In this document: one piece after another, positions 26,327 to 35,236 of the stretch
Layout: each line of letters opens with the position of its first letter
How positions within the stretch are numbered: position 1 is the stretch's first letter
Assembly: GCA_050309605.1 (NCBI GenBank)
Contig: JBNRMN010000009.1
Coordinates: 1-36,278 of the forward strand
Direction of reading: 5' to 3'
Source: Anaerohalosphaeraceae bacterium
GTDB taxonomy: Bacteria; Planctomycetota; Phycisphaerae; Sedimentisphaerales; Anaerohalosphaeraceae
Length of the DNA stretch: 36,278 nt
Translations under genes and position numbers: made by a program
The notes under the pieces: generated by a model
The model's database searches: none
Told to the model about the DNA's origin: nothing
What the model saw: only the letters and a program-made list of their open reading frames with translations

Positions 26327-26465
26327 TAAAAATATTTTTCATCGGGATAGAAAAAATATAAGTTTTTTATCAACAAATGCTTATCGATCCAAAAATAACT
26401 CAAAATAATTAGAAATCATTCGTCTAAGCAATTGACTTTCTACAATCAGTCTCTAATATACGAGT

Positions 26466-27026
26466 ATGGTGGGAAAAATACTGACATTGCTGGCCCTGCC
26501 GGGATTGCCGCGATTTTGGCAGGTTGCCGTGTACGGTCTGGCGGGGATCACCGCAGGGATGGGCGTCGTCGTGGTGCGCATCTCAAATGCGGTTTCCTAC
26601 TTGTCCGACAGCCCTGAAACGTGCATCAACTGCCACGTAATGACTGACGCGTATGCCTCGTGGCAGCGCGGCAGCCACAGCCGGGACACCACCTGCAACG
26701 ACTGCCACGTCCCGCACGACAACATTCTGGCCAAGACCGCTTTTAAGGCGATGGACGGGGCACGGCATTCGTTTGTCTTTACCATGCGCAAAGAGCCGCA
26801 GGTTTTGACGCTGTCCAAAGGCGCCGTTCCGGTGGTCCAAAACAATTGCGTCCGCTGCCATGCGAACCAATTTCAAATGATCCGACTGTTCGACACCCAG
26901 CAGCAGACCTGCTGGAGCTGTCATCAGAACATTCACGGCGATATTCACAGCCTTTCCGCCTCGCCGCGGCCGTTGCGCCCGGCGCTGCCAAAGGCCGGCA
27001 TCGATATCAGGAAATCCGGAGATTAG
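26466..27026 (+). CDS. nrfH: Cytochrome c nitrite reductase small subunit (NapC/NirT family tetraheme)
   Basis: N-terminal TM helix; SYLSD.PETCINCHVM, CNDCHVPH, CVRCH, CWSCH. Confidence 0.95.
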   Translation: MVGKILTLLALPGLPRFWQVAVYGLAGITAGMGVVVVRISNAVSYLSDSPETCINCHVMTDAYASWQRGSHSRDTTCNDCHVPHDNILAKTAFKAMDGARHSFVFTMRKEPQVLTLSKGAVPVVQNNCVRCHANQFQMIRLFDTQQQTCWSCHQNIHGDIHSLSASPRPLRPALPKAGIDIRKSGD

Positions 27027-27030
27027 CACA

Positions 27031-28470
27031 ATGAAGAAGATTCATAAAACCAAATTCGCAGACCATCGCCAGGCTCCCATTCGTATTCCCTTGTGGCTTG
27101 GTATTGGACTGGCGGGCCTGCTGGCCGTTGCGATTATTGTGTTGGGGCTGTTGTCGGTCTCCATTATGGAGCGACGATGGGAAGCGCAGCGTCCGACGAT
27201 GATTGTACAGCCGTTGGATGACTGGGAACCCGACAACGCCAAATGGGGCCAAAATTATCCCCACCAGTACGAAAGCTATCTGCGGACCCGCACCACTGAC
27301 ACGCAAACGCTGTTCGGCGGCGCCGTTCAGCGCGACTACCTGGAAGACTATCCTGCGCAAGTGATTTTATTTGCCGGTTATGGGTTCAGCAAAGAATATC
27401 TGCAGGCGCGCGGACATTATTATGCGTTGGAGGATGTGAAAAATACCGAGCGTCTTGCGTATCCGTTCCAGGCGGCCACATGCTGGACGTGCAAGAGCGC
27501 TGATGTGCCGCGAACGATGAATGAAATGGGTACGGCGGCGTTTTATGCGGCCAACTTTCACGATTTGACCGACCGGATGACCCATCCGATCGGCTGCGTG
27601 GACTGCCACGACGCCGAGACGATGCAGTTGCGCATCAGCCGTCCGGCGCTGGTGGAGGCCTTTGCCGCACAAGGCAAAGACATCACCAAGGCCACGCTTC
27701 AGGAGATGCGGTCGCTGGTCTGTGCTCAGTGCCACGTGGAGTATTATTTTGCCGAAGAACCGCGCAATTACCTGACGCTGCCGTGGAAAGAGGGGACGAA
27801 TGTTGAACACATGATGGCGTATTATGACGCGATTGATTTTGTCGATTATGTGCACCCGATTTCCAAAACTCCCATCATCAAATCGCAGCATCCCGATTAT
27901 GAGCTGTATCGCCACGGCATTCATGCCTATCGGAATGTGGCCTGCGCCGATTGCCATATGCCCTATCGCTCCGAAGGCGGAATGAAGTTTACCGACCACC
28001 ACGTCCAAAGCCCGCTGCTGAATATTGCCAATAGCTGCGCGGTGTGCCATCGCTGGAGTGAAGATGAGATTCGTACGCGCGTTGAGAGCATTCAAACGAC
28101 GGTTTCCGACGCTATGGTCAAGGCCGAAGAGGCCCTGGTCAAGGCGCATTTTGACATCGCCGCAGCCATGCAGGCCGGGGCCGATGAGGCGGCGCTGGCC
28201 CCGCTGCGGACACGGCTGCGACACGCACAATTTCGCTGGGATTATGTCTCTTCAAGCAATGGGATGGGGTTCCACGCCCCGCAGGAGTCGATGCGCATCC
28301 TCGGCGACGCAACCCGTCAGGCTCAGGAAGTCCGCATTGAGGCGGCCCGTTTGCTGGCCCGTCACGGGATCACTGAACCGCCTTCTTATCCGGATATTTC
28401 TACGCGACAAAAAGCCTTTGAAGTAGCCGAGGCATTCGTCAACAATGCCCCGATCGAGTTGCTGAAATAA
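27031..28470 (+). CDS. nrfA: Ammonia-forming cytochrome c552 nitrite reductase
   Basis: Lys-ligated heme CWTCK plus CVDCH, CAQCHVEYYF, CADCH and CAVCH; KSQHPDYE; NGMGFHAPQE. Confidence 0.97.
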   Translation: MKKIHKTKFADHRQAPIRIPLWLGIGLAGLLAVAIIVLGLLSVSIMERRWEAQRPTMIVQPLDDWEPDNAKWGQNYPHQYESYLRTRTTDTQTLFGGAVQRDYLEDYPAQVILFAGYGFSKEYLQARGHYYALEDVKNTERLAYPFQAATCWTCKSADVPRTMNEMGTAAFYAANFHDLTDRMTHPIGCVDCHDAETMQLRISRPALVEAFAAQGKDITKATLQEMRSLVCAQCHVEYYFAEEPRNYLTLPWKEGTNVEHMMAYYDAIDFVDYVHPISKTPIIKSQHPDYELYRHGIHAYRNVACADCHMPYRSEGGMKFTDHHVQSPLLNIANSCAVCHRWSEDEIRTRVESIQTTVSDAMVKAEEALVKAHFDIAAAMQAGADEAALAPLRTRLRHAQFRWDYVSSSNGMGFHAPQESMRILGDATRQAQEVRIEAARLLARHGITEPPSYPDISTRQKAFEVAEAFVNNAPIELLK

Positions 28471-28513
28471 GAATGGCCGCCTTAACTCAACCTGAATGAT
28501 GGCCGGTTTGAGA

Positions 28514-28568
28514 GATCAAAAATCCAAGATCAAAGAGCAAAATTGAGGATTCGTCCTTTCGGACGAGT
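28514..28568 (+). repeat. Degenerate 7-mer tandem repeat followed by a hairpin
   Basis: GATCAAA AATCCAA GATCAAA GAGCAAA, then ATTCGTCC-TTTC-GGACGAGT. Confidence 0.5.
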
Positions 28569-28674
28569 AGTTTTTGGCCTTTTTCAGAAAACATTAAATT
28601 CTTTTATAGACTATATTTATGTCAAAACAGGCCCGGTTTTCAGTCAGTTAAGGTCTTGAATGAATTTAGACTGG

Positions 28675-29205
28675 TCAGCGATAGACACACCCGCCAAAGG
28701 CGTCGTAAGCCACGGTCAGCGGAAAGTCTGTAAATTCCAGTCGGCCAAGGGCTTCTGCGCCCAAATCGTCCCAGGCAACCAGCTCATAGGCAGAAATGTA
28801 TTGACTGAGCAATGCCCCCCCGCCGCCGAGTGCGGCAAAATGCACCGCCCCGTATTGAACGATGGCCTGTTGCACTTCAGGGCCGCGAATGCCTTTGCCA
28901 ATCGTCGCTTTCAGCCCGCGAGCCAATAATGCAGGGGTAAAGGCATCCATTCGCGAGGCCGTGGTCGGACCGGCGGCTCCGATGACCCGTCCCGGTCGGG
29001 CCGGCGTCGGGCCAACGTAGTAAACGACCTGTCCTGCCAGGTCAAACGGAAGGGGCCGTCCTGCCTCAATCAGGGCGCAGAGCCGCTTATGAGCCTGGTC
29101 GCGAGCGGCATACACCGTGCCGCTGAGCAGCACCTCGTCGCCCGCTTTAAGGTCTCGCACCGTCTGGTCGTCCAGCGGCGTGTGAATGGTGTATGGCTGA
29201 GTCAT
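28675..29205 (-). CDS. Fe-S hydro-lyase beta subunit (class I fumarate hydratase / tartrate dehydratase beta type)
   Basis: LKAGD.V.LSG.VY.ARDQAHKRL, YYVGPTP..G..IGAAGPTTASRMD, IGKG.R, DLG.EA, FP..VA.D..G. Confidence 0.92.
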   Translation of the reverse strand: MTQPYTIHTPLDDQTVRDLKAGDEVLLSGTVYAARDQAHKRLCALIEAGRPLPFDLAGQVVYYVGPTPARPGRVIGAAGPTTASRMDAFTPALLARGLKATIGKGIRGPEVQQAIVQYGAVHFAALGGGGALLSQYISAYELVAWDDLGAEALGRLEFTDFPLTVAYDAFGGCVYR

Positions 29206-29340
29206 TGAATTAGTCCTGTGAACATAATGTTGAGGCTATTGTAACTGCCCTGCGACCTCACGGCAACCCAATTTACCTTTATAACTCTATTTTTACATCC
29301 GGCACATCTTGTTTTTTATTCAGATAGGTCATTTTTACAC

Positions 29341-29369
29341 TTGATAATTCGTATTTAATGGGCTATATT
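29341..29369 (+). promoter_or_regulatory. Sigma70-type promoter of the EF-G paralog
   Basis: TTGATA-17 nt-TATATT. Confidence 0.55.
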
Positions 29370-29423
29370 TCTTCTTTTTATGTGAACCGGAAATGAACTC
29401 AAGGTAAGCGGAGGTTCAATATC

Positions 29424-31460
29424 GTGGCAAGTCTAAAGGATATTCGCAATATTGTTTTATTGGGGCACGGCAACAGCGGCAAGACCTCACTGGCCGAAGC
29501 GATCCTGCACAAGACGGGGGTGACCAACCGGCTCGGCTCCATCGATGAGAAGAACACCGTCAGCGATTTTGACGACGAAGAGAAAAGCCGCGGCAATTCC
29601 ATTCATTCGTCGTTGCTGTACACCAATCACAACGGCAAGCTGATTAACTTGATTGATACGCCGGGGTATCCGGATTTTGTCGGCGGCGCGCTGCCGGCGA
29701 TTCCCGCGGCCGATACGGCGGTCCTCGTGATTAACGCGGCCAACGGCATTGAGATGAACACCCGCAAGCTGTTTCAAGCCGCCACCGCCGCGGGCAAAGC
29801 CCGAATGATTGTCGTGAACCGCATAGATGCCGACAATATCGATTTGGCCGAACTGCTGGGACAGATCCAGGAAACCTTTGGCACGCAGTGCCGCTGCGCC
29901 AATCTGCCGACCGACGACAAAACCTCGATTATTGACTGCATTGCCGGCTCCAGCGGCAGCTCGCCGGTCATGGATCCGCAGCAGGCCCATACAGAACTGA
30001 TGGAAAGCGCTATCGAAGCCGATGAAGAGCTGATGGAAAGCTATCTGGGCGGAGAAGAAATCAGCACAGACAAACTCGGCGCGGTCATCGTCAAGGCGAT
30101 GCAGGCCGGAACGCTGATTCCCGTATTGTTCACCGACGCCCGCCACGAAGTCGGCATCACCGAACTGCTGAATGTGATCGCCAACTACGCTCCGTCGCCG
30201 GCCGAGGCGGCCCCGGCAGTGCTGAAAAGCGGCGAGGAAACGACTGTTGTCACACCCGACCCGAACGGTCCGCTGTGCGGATTGGTTTTCCGCGTCGGCT
30301 TCGATGCCCGGTCAAATATGAAGCAAGCCTCGATCCGTTTGTTCAGCGGCAAGCTGACCTCTGCCACGCAACTGATGATTAACGACGCCCGCAAGCCGAT
30401 TCGCCCCGGCCATCCGCTCAAGATGCAGGGTGCCGAAACCAAAGAGGTGGAAACGGGTGAATGCGGCGATATGATTACGCTGTCTAAGATTGATGAGCTG
30501 CATCTGGGCGATCTGGTCCACGACGGCAAATTCAGCGGCAAAATCGAGATGCCGCCGCTGCCGAATCCGATGTTTTCGCTGGCGATGGAGCCGGCCTCGC
30601 GCGGCGATGAAAACAAGATCAGCGCGGCACTGGACCGGCTGACCGATGAAGATCCGTGTTTTAAGGTTACTCGCGACGCCCAGACCAAAGAAATGGTCAT
30701 CAACGGGTTGGGCGATTTACATCTGCGTGTGATGTTGTCCAAGATGGAAAACCGCTATAAGGTCGCGGTCAACACCAAACCGCCGAAGATTCCGTATCGC
30801 GAGACCATTACCGCCAAGGCCGAAGGACACTACCGGCACAAAAAGCAGACCGGCGGCGCCGGGCAGTTCGGCGAAGTGTATCTTCGGGTCGAGCCGGCTG
30901 AGCGCAATTCCGATCCTACGCTGGAATTCTCATGGGACATTTTCGGCGGCTCAATTCCGGGACAATACGAGCCGGCGATTCTCAAAGGCATCAACGATGT
31001 AATGGACAGCGGCTGTCTGGCGGGCTTTCCGATGCAGGATGTCAAGGTCTCCATTTATGACGGCAAGTACCACCCGGTGGACTCCAAAGAAGTGGCCTTC
31101 CGCGCGGCGGGCAAAGGGGCGTTTCTGGATGCGGTCTTAAAGGCCAGGCCGGTCTTGCTGGAGCCGATTGTCAATATGGAAATCACCGTGCCGTCTGAGA
31201 ATATGGGCGACATCACCGGCGATTTGTCCAGCCGACGCGGCCGTGTGACCGGTCAGGAAATGCTTACCGGCGGGATGATGGTCATCAAGGCCCAGGTCCC
31301 GCTGTCGGAGGTGGCCAACTACAACAGCCAACTCAAGAGCGTTACCGGCGGCCAGGGCAGCTATTCGATGGAACTGAGTCACTACGAGCCGACGGCGCCG
31401 AACATCCAGCAGCAAATCATCGATCAGTACAAGAAAGAAAAAGAGGAAGAAAGGGAATAA
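29424..31460 (+). CDS. fusA: Elongation factor G paralog (EF-G2-like)
   Basis: GGAGG RBS with GTG start; GHGNSGKTSL, DTPGYPDF, EDP.F, G.GDLHL, PYRETI, KKQTGGAGQFG, DGKYHPVDS, LLEPI..GD..GDLSSRRG. It is outside the str operon and lacks RGITI. Confidence 0.92.
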   Translation: MASLKDIRNIVLLGHGNSGKTSLAEAILHKTGVTNRLGSIDEKNTVSDFDDEEKSRGNSIHSSLLYTNHNGKLINLIDTPGYPDFVGGALPAIPAADTAVLVINAANGIEMNTRKLFQAATAAGKARMIVVNRIDADNIDLAELLGQIQETFGTQCRCANLPTDDKTSIIDCIAGSSGSSPVMDPQQAHTELMESAIEADEELMESYLGGEEISTDKLGAVIVKAMQAGTLIPVLFTDARHEVGITELLNVIANYAPSPAEAAPAVLKSGEETTVVTPDPNGPLCGLVFRVGFDARSNMKQASIRLFSGKLTSATQLMINDARKPIRPGHPLKMQGAETKEVETGECGDMITLSKIDELHLGDLVHDGKFSGKIEMPPLPNPMFSLAMEPASRGDENKISAALDRLTDEDPCFKVTRDAQTKEMVINGLGDLHLRVMLSKMENRYKVAVNTKPPKIPYRETITAKAEGHYRHKKQTGGAGQFGEVYLRVEPAERNSDPTLEFSWDIFGGSIPGQYEPAILKGINDVMDSGCLAGFPMQDVKVSIYDGKYHPVDSKEVAFRAAGKGAFLDAVLKARPVLLEPIVNMEITVPSENMGDITGDLSSRRGRVTGQEMLTGGMMVIKAQVPLSEVANYNSQLKSVTGGQGSYSMELSHYEPTAPNIQQQIIDQYKKEKEEERE

Positions 31461-31490
31461 CCCCCCCCCAACCCATAGACGTATCTTTTC

Positions 31491-31522
31491 AAGCCCGGCC
31501 CATCGGTCGGGCTTTTTTATTT
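31491..31522 (+). terminator. Intrinsic terminator
   Basis: AAGCCCGGCC-CATC-GGTCGGGC-TTTTTTATTT. Confidence 0.85.
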
Positions 31523-31909
31523 CACCGAGTGGTGTTATTGACAACTTTTCTGGAAAGGTTGCAAGCTGACTACTCTCATAAGCGACGTCCTCCTGTTGTC
31601 GATACCAGCCTTAACGACAAAAGATAATGCACTTGCCCTTTTGTTAACGCACCATCGCTTTTGGTCTCACTGTTTTACAACTCTCCTTCTGTCTATTTCA
31701 GGCAAGTGCCATTATATCGTCTCGATGAATGAAGCCAAGTAAATCAAATAATTCTGCTGGGATAAGGCCCATAGAGAAAAGCACCCCCAGCCCGTACCCG
31801 GCCCGGCAAAAGTACAATTATTATTCGCGATGGACAGCCGAATTGACTATTGATGCACAATCTCATCATCAGCCCTGTAAAAAAGCGACATGATCGTTTC
31901 TCTTGATTG

Positions 31910-33030
31910 AGCGGATTCAACTCATAAGTGCAACTGAGTCGCCAAAATTGTGGTGAGCTGGTATACTCTCTCACTGGATTTTGGTGACCTCGGTTAAAAG
32001 GAACACTTATGAGAGAATACAAGCAACTCACCGAAGAGGATCGTATCGAGATTTACGCGATGAAGCAAGCGGGAAAACAACAAAATCAGATCGCTGCGGC
32101 CTTGGGCGTATCGCCCAGCACCGTCAGCCGGGAACTGTCCCGCAATACCGGCTTGCGCGGATATCGCCCTAAGCAGGCCCAGCAAAAGGCGTTACAGAGA
32201 CGCTGGGAAGCTCGTAAAGCCGTGAAAATGACGCCGGAAACCGTCGCTTATATCGAATCCCGACTCCGCCAGGAACATTCGCCGGAACAGATTGCCGAAC
32301 GCATGAAACGCGATCCCACCTGGGCCGGCCCGACCGTCAGCCATGAACGCATTTATCAGCATATCTGGCAGGACAAAGCGGCCGGCGGAACCCTGTATAA
32401 AAAGTTGCGCATCGGCGGCACCAAGCAGCGACGCAAACGCCGAAACAGCCGGGACAGGCGTGGAACCATCAAAAACCGGGTGGGCATTGAAAAACGCCCG
32501 CCGATTGTGGAACGCAACAGGCGCATCGGCGACTGGGAAGGCGACACGGTGGTCGGTAAGAATCACCAAGGGGCGATGGTTACCCTGGTGGACCGCAAAA
32601 GCAAACTGACGCTCATTGGCAAAGTCGATCGCTATACCGCCCAAGCCGTTGAGCAAACCATCATCGGACTCATGGAAGGGCTGCCGCGACGGAACTATAC
32701 ACTGACGGTGGACAATGGCAAAGAATTTTCAACCCATGAAGCGATTGCCCGAACGCTCGAAATCAACGTCTTCTTTGCCGACCCGTACAGTGCATGGCAG
32801 CGGGGCTTGAATGAAAATACCAATGGCTTGATCCGCCAATATGTGCCCAAAGGAAGTGACATCCGGACATTAACCGATGAGCAGATTGAACACATCATGG
32901 AACGTCTGAATAATCGACCCCGAAAATCGCTTGGCTTTTTAACCCCGAATGAAGTATTTTATGAACGGAAAAAATTAACCGGATAACAAAACGGGATTTA
33001 ACTCAGTTGCACTTGGGAGTTGAATCCGCC
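31910..33030 (+). mobile_element. IS30-family insertion sequence, 1121 bp, apparently intact
   Basis: IRL (A)GCGGATTCAACTCATAAGTGCAACTGAGT versus reverse complement of IRR (G)GCGGATTCAACTCCCAAGTGCAACTGAGT; 3-bp direct repeat TTG at 31907-31909 and 33031-33033. Confidence 0.93.
32009..32986 (+). CDS. IS30-family DDE transposase
   Basis: YKQLT.E.R..I HTH, STVSREL.RN, SPEQIA, SHERIYQ, GDWEGDTV, TVDNGKEF, PYSAWQRG.NENTNGLIRQY.PKG, LNNRPRK.LG..TP.E. Confidence 0.97.
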   Translation: MREYKQLTEEDRIEIYAMKQAGKQQNQIAAALGVSPSTVSRELSRNTGLRGYRPKQAQQKALQRRWEARKAVKMTPETVAYIESRLRQEHSPEQIAERMKRDPTWAGPTVSHERIYQHIWQDKAAGGTLYKKLRIGGTKQRRKRRNSRDRRGTIKNRVGIEKRPPIVERNRRIGDWEGDTVVGKNHQGAMVTLVDRKSKLTLIGKVDRYTAQAVEQTIIGLMEGLPRRNYTLTVDNGKEFSTHEAIARTLEINVFFADPYSAWQRGLNENTNGLIRQYVPKGSDIRTLTDEQIEHIMERLNNRPRKSLGFLTPNEVFYERKKLTG

Positions 33031-33603
33031 TTGTTTTAATTGAGCTGAATCGGGATTTTCTTTTAACCTGATTTCATATTCCCCAAATGCCTCACGATAC
33101 ATTGTATCGAAATCAAAGGATTCGTCCCCAGACAAGTCTATGGTTGCAAGATACTTCCTTCTCCCTTCGTCTTCAAAATATAATTCCCATCTATTGGCAT
33201 GTTCGCTGTCATCCTGAACCTTTTCGAGCTTATACGACAGATGGCTAAAACCGCAGGTAAATAACACGCCTGCTCGGTCGGGACCTAAATAGCCCCAAAG
33301 CGGATTCAGTTTTCTCACCGAGTCCGGCCACCAGATACTGTTGATCTGAGTGGTTTCGTCCTCCGACTCTATATGGGAACAAATTAACGCCAAATCTCTG
33401 ACAACCGGCCCATAATAGCTTTGAGAACGCATTTTAATTTCCAAAAATAAAACACTGATAATGCCTGAAACGTACAAAAAGCCAACAATAATGAAGGCAA
33501 TCAATGCCATTAAACCGATAAAGATATTTCTCGCCATCTGTCCTGTCCCTTCGAGACTGACTTTAGCTCTTGGATAGGGGCCTTTACCAATCCCCATACC
33601 GTT

Positions 33604-33891
33604 TTAATGATCTTTATTTGTTGCTATGTAATATAGCCCGACGATCCAAATCATCATTGAAATAGGAATTATTAGTCCCATTGCAAAATATTGATAATAA
33701 ATAAATTTTCTGGTGTAGAACATAAAGTAAATTGAAGGGATGTGTGTTAGTAAAAATAAAATTTCTGCCACTATAAATAAATTCCAGCCTCTGTTTGTAT
33801 TTTTCTTCTTTCCAAGGAAACATACACATATGACCGCTGAGTAAAATATTGTCCAGAACCACCATACTCCCCAATGGAATAGTATAACCAT
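33604..33891 (-). CDS. Small hypothetical membrane protein (about 3 TM helices)
   Basis: GGAG RBS; three hydrophobic stretches with a KKKNTNR loop; AT-rich. Confidence 0.6.
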   Translation of the reverse strand: MVILFHWGVWWFWTIFYSAVICVCFLGKKKNTNRGWNLFIVAEILFLLTHIPSIYFMFYTRKFIYYQYFAMGLIIPISMMIWIVGLYYIATNKDH

Positions 33892-34104
33892 AAATATTCT
33901 CCGTTTCGTAAAACAATCACACCCTCTGTGGGTGACTTCTGTTCTTACACCATCAGTTATTCTGCAACTCCCACTCTGTCTACTCCAGACAAAAGTTATT
34001 CACACTTACTCCTCCCTCCTAAGCTCCAGAACAAAGTCATCGATGCCGGCAGGTACAAGACAAAGCAGGTGCCGGCTGCGTTGATGGGGGAATAGATGCA
34101 GTTG

Positions 34105-35214
34105 TTATGTTCTCTTTCTCCCAGCCAAAAATGCTCCGAGAGCAAAAAGGGAGATTGTGGCGGGTTCGGGAATAGGCGTCATTAGAAATGCCTGCTCTCG
34201 ACCATCAATGATTCCAATGCCCACAATTTGACCATATATATTGATATCAATGGCACTTTTCAGATAACTCCATTCGGAATCGACCGGCAAATAATCATTC
34301 AAATCAATGATTTGCATCCCTTTCCATAGACATGCGTGCTGTGAGCCGTCCGCTATTTCGGCAAACCCGACAATCAACCCATTTTCGTTTATACTGTGTG
34401 CTTGAGAATTAGTTCCGCCAAGAGTTCCAAGGTCATACACATGTCCATTTTCCCACAATGCTGCATGATATATCTGGGGAGCCGGCAAAGCGGAAAGGTA
34501 GGAGTACCCGACGGCTGAGCCGGAACTATTGACGCTCCAAACCATGTCGGAATCACCCCCTAAGCCCTCAAAGAATGTTAATTCTCCATTCTGCCAAATA
34601 TACCCTCTTCGAGTATTGAACTGCTCCAAATCGGGACAAGCCGTCCCAACGATATGCCCGGAATCACTGATAGCAAGTGCAATCCCGCCCAACGGTGTCG
34701 GATAATTAATCGGAGCAAAACCCGCGCTCATGTTTCCGGCGTAACTGACAAATTTCAGTGCCCAATAATCATCGCTTTGCCGCGTATAGACTATCATCTG
34801 CTCGGAGTTATTGATTCCATAAGCCGTACTATGCTGAATATCTTCGGGCATATCAAAATACTGCATACCTATTTGGCTGTTCCAATAAAATGCGGTCGTT
34901 GGGCTGACGGTATCTTTCTTTACAGAACCAACAATTTCACCTTGATTGTTAATCGAAAGTGCACTGCTTTGATATGTATCCGGCGAAAGAAGAATGCTTT
35001 GATTTGCATTCCACACAAAAGCCTGTGTCGGAAAGGGCTGTTCGGATGTGCGTTCATATCTTACAGTGCCCACTACATAACCATAATCATTGATGGCATA
35101 TGCACTGCTTTCAATCCCCCCAAATGTTCCTAAGGCAATGATTTCATATTTCTCTGAAAAACCAGACGCCGAAATCAGTAAGATCGAGAATACTGTACTT
35201 GATATTTTGCTCAT
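34105..35214 (-). CDS. PEP-CTERM protein with HAF-type extracellular repeats
   Basis: Signal peptide; repeated (D)LGTLGG..S.A..IN..G.IVG; HAALWENG, HACLW...IIDLN; IPEPATISLFALGAFLAGRKRT. Confidence 0.88.
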   Translation of the reverse strand: MSKISSTVFSILLISASGFSEKYEIIALGTFGGIESSAYAINDYGYVVGTVRYERTSEQPFPTQAFVWNANQSILLSPDTYQSSALSINNQGEIVGSVKKDTVSPTTAFYWNSQIGMQYFDMPEDIQHSTAYGINNSEQMIVYTRQSDDYWALKFVSYAGNMSAGFAPINYPTPLGGIALAISDSGHIVGTACPDLEQFNTRRGYIWQNGELTFFEGLGGDSDMVWSVNSSGSAVGYSYLSALPAPQIYHAALWENGHVYDLGTLGGTNSQAHSINENGLIVGFAEIADGSQHACLWKGMQIIDLNDYLPVDSEWSYLKSAIDINIYGQIVGIGIIDGREQAFLMTPIPEPATISLFALGAFLAGRKRT

Positions 35215-35236
35215 TGATGCAACCCCTTTCAGCTTT

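Larger units (their letters stand above)
31847..33537 (-). pseudogene. Membrane-anchored hypothetical gene interrupted near its 3' end by IS30
   Basis: ATG 33537 with an N-terminal TM helix. Removing the IS and one TTG copy continues the frame as ..DSAQLKQ|SRETIMSLFYRADDEIVHQ* (TAG at 31849-31847). Confidence 0.7.

Noticed and set aside
26431..26446. FNR/Crp box upstream of nrfH (TTGAC-N4-TACAA)
   Set aside because: It has three mismatches to TTGAT-N4-ATCAA and coincides with the predicted -35.
31461..31469. C9 tract as a phase-variation site
   Set aside because: It lies after the stop codon and before the terminator, so a length change has no evident effect.
33614..33916. Alternative 100-aa minus-strand ORF
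   Set aside because: It overlaps 33604-33891 in another frame; that ORF has the RBS and a coherent TM pattern.
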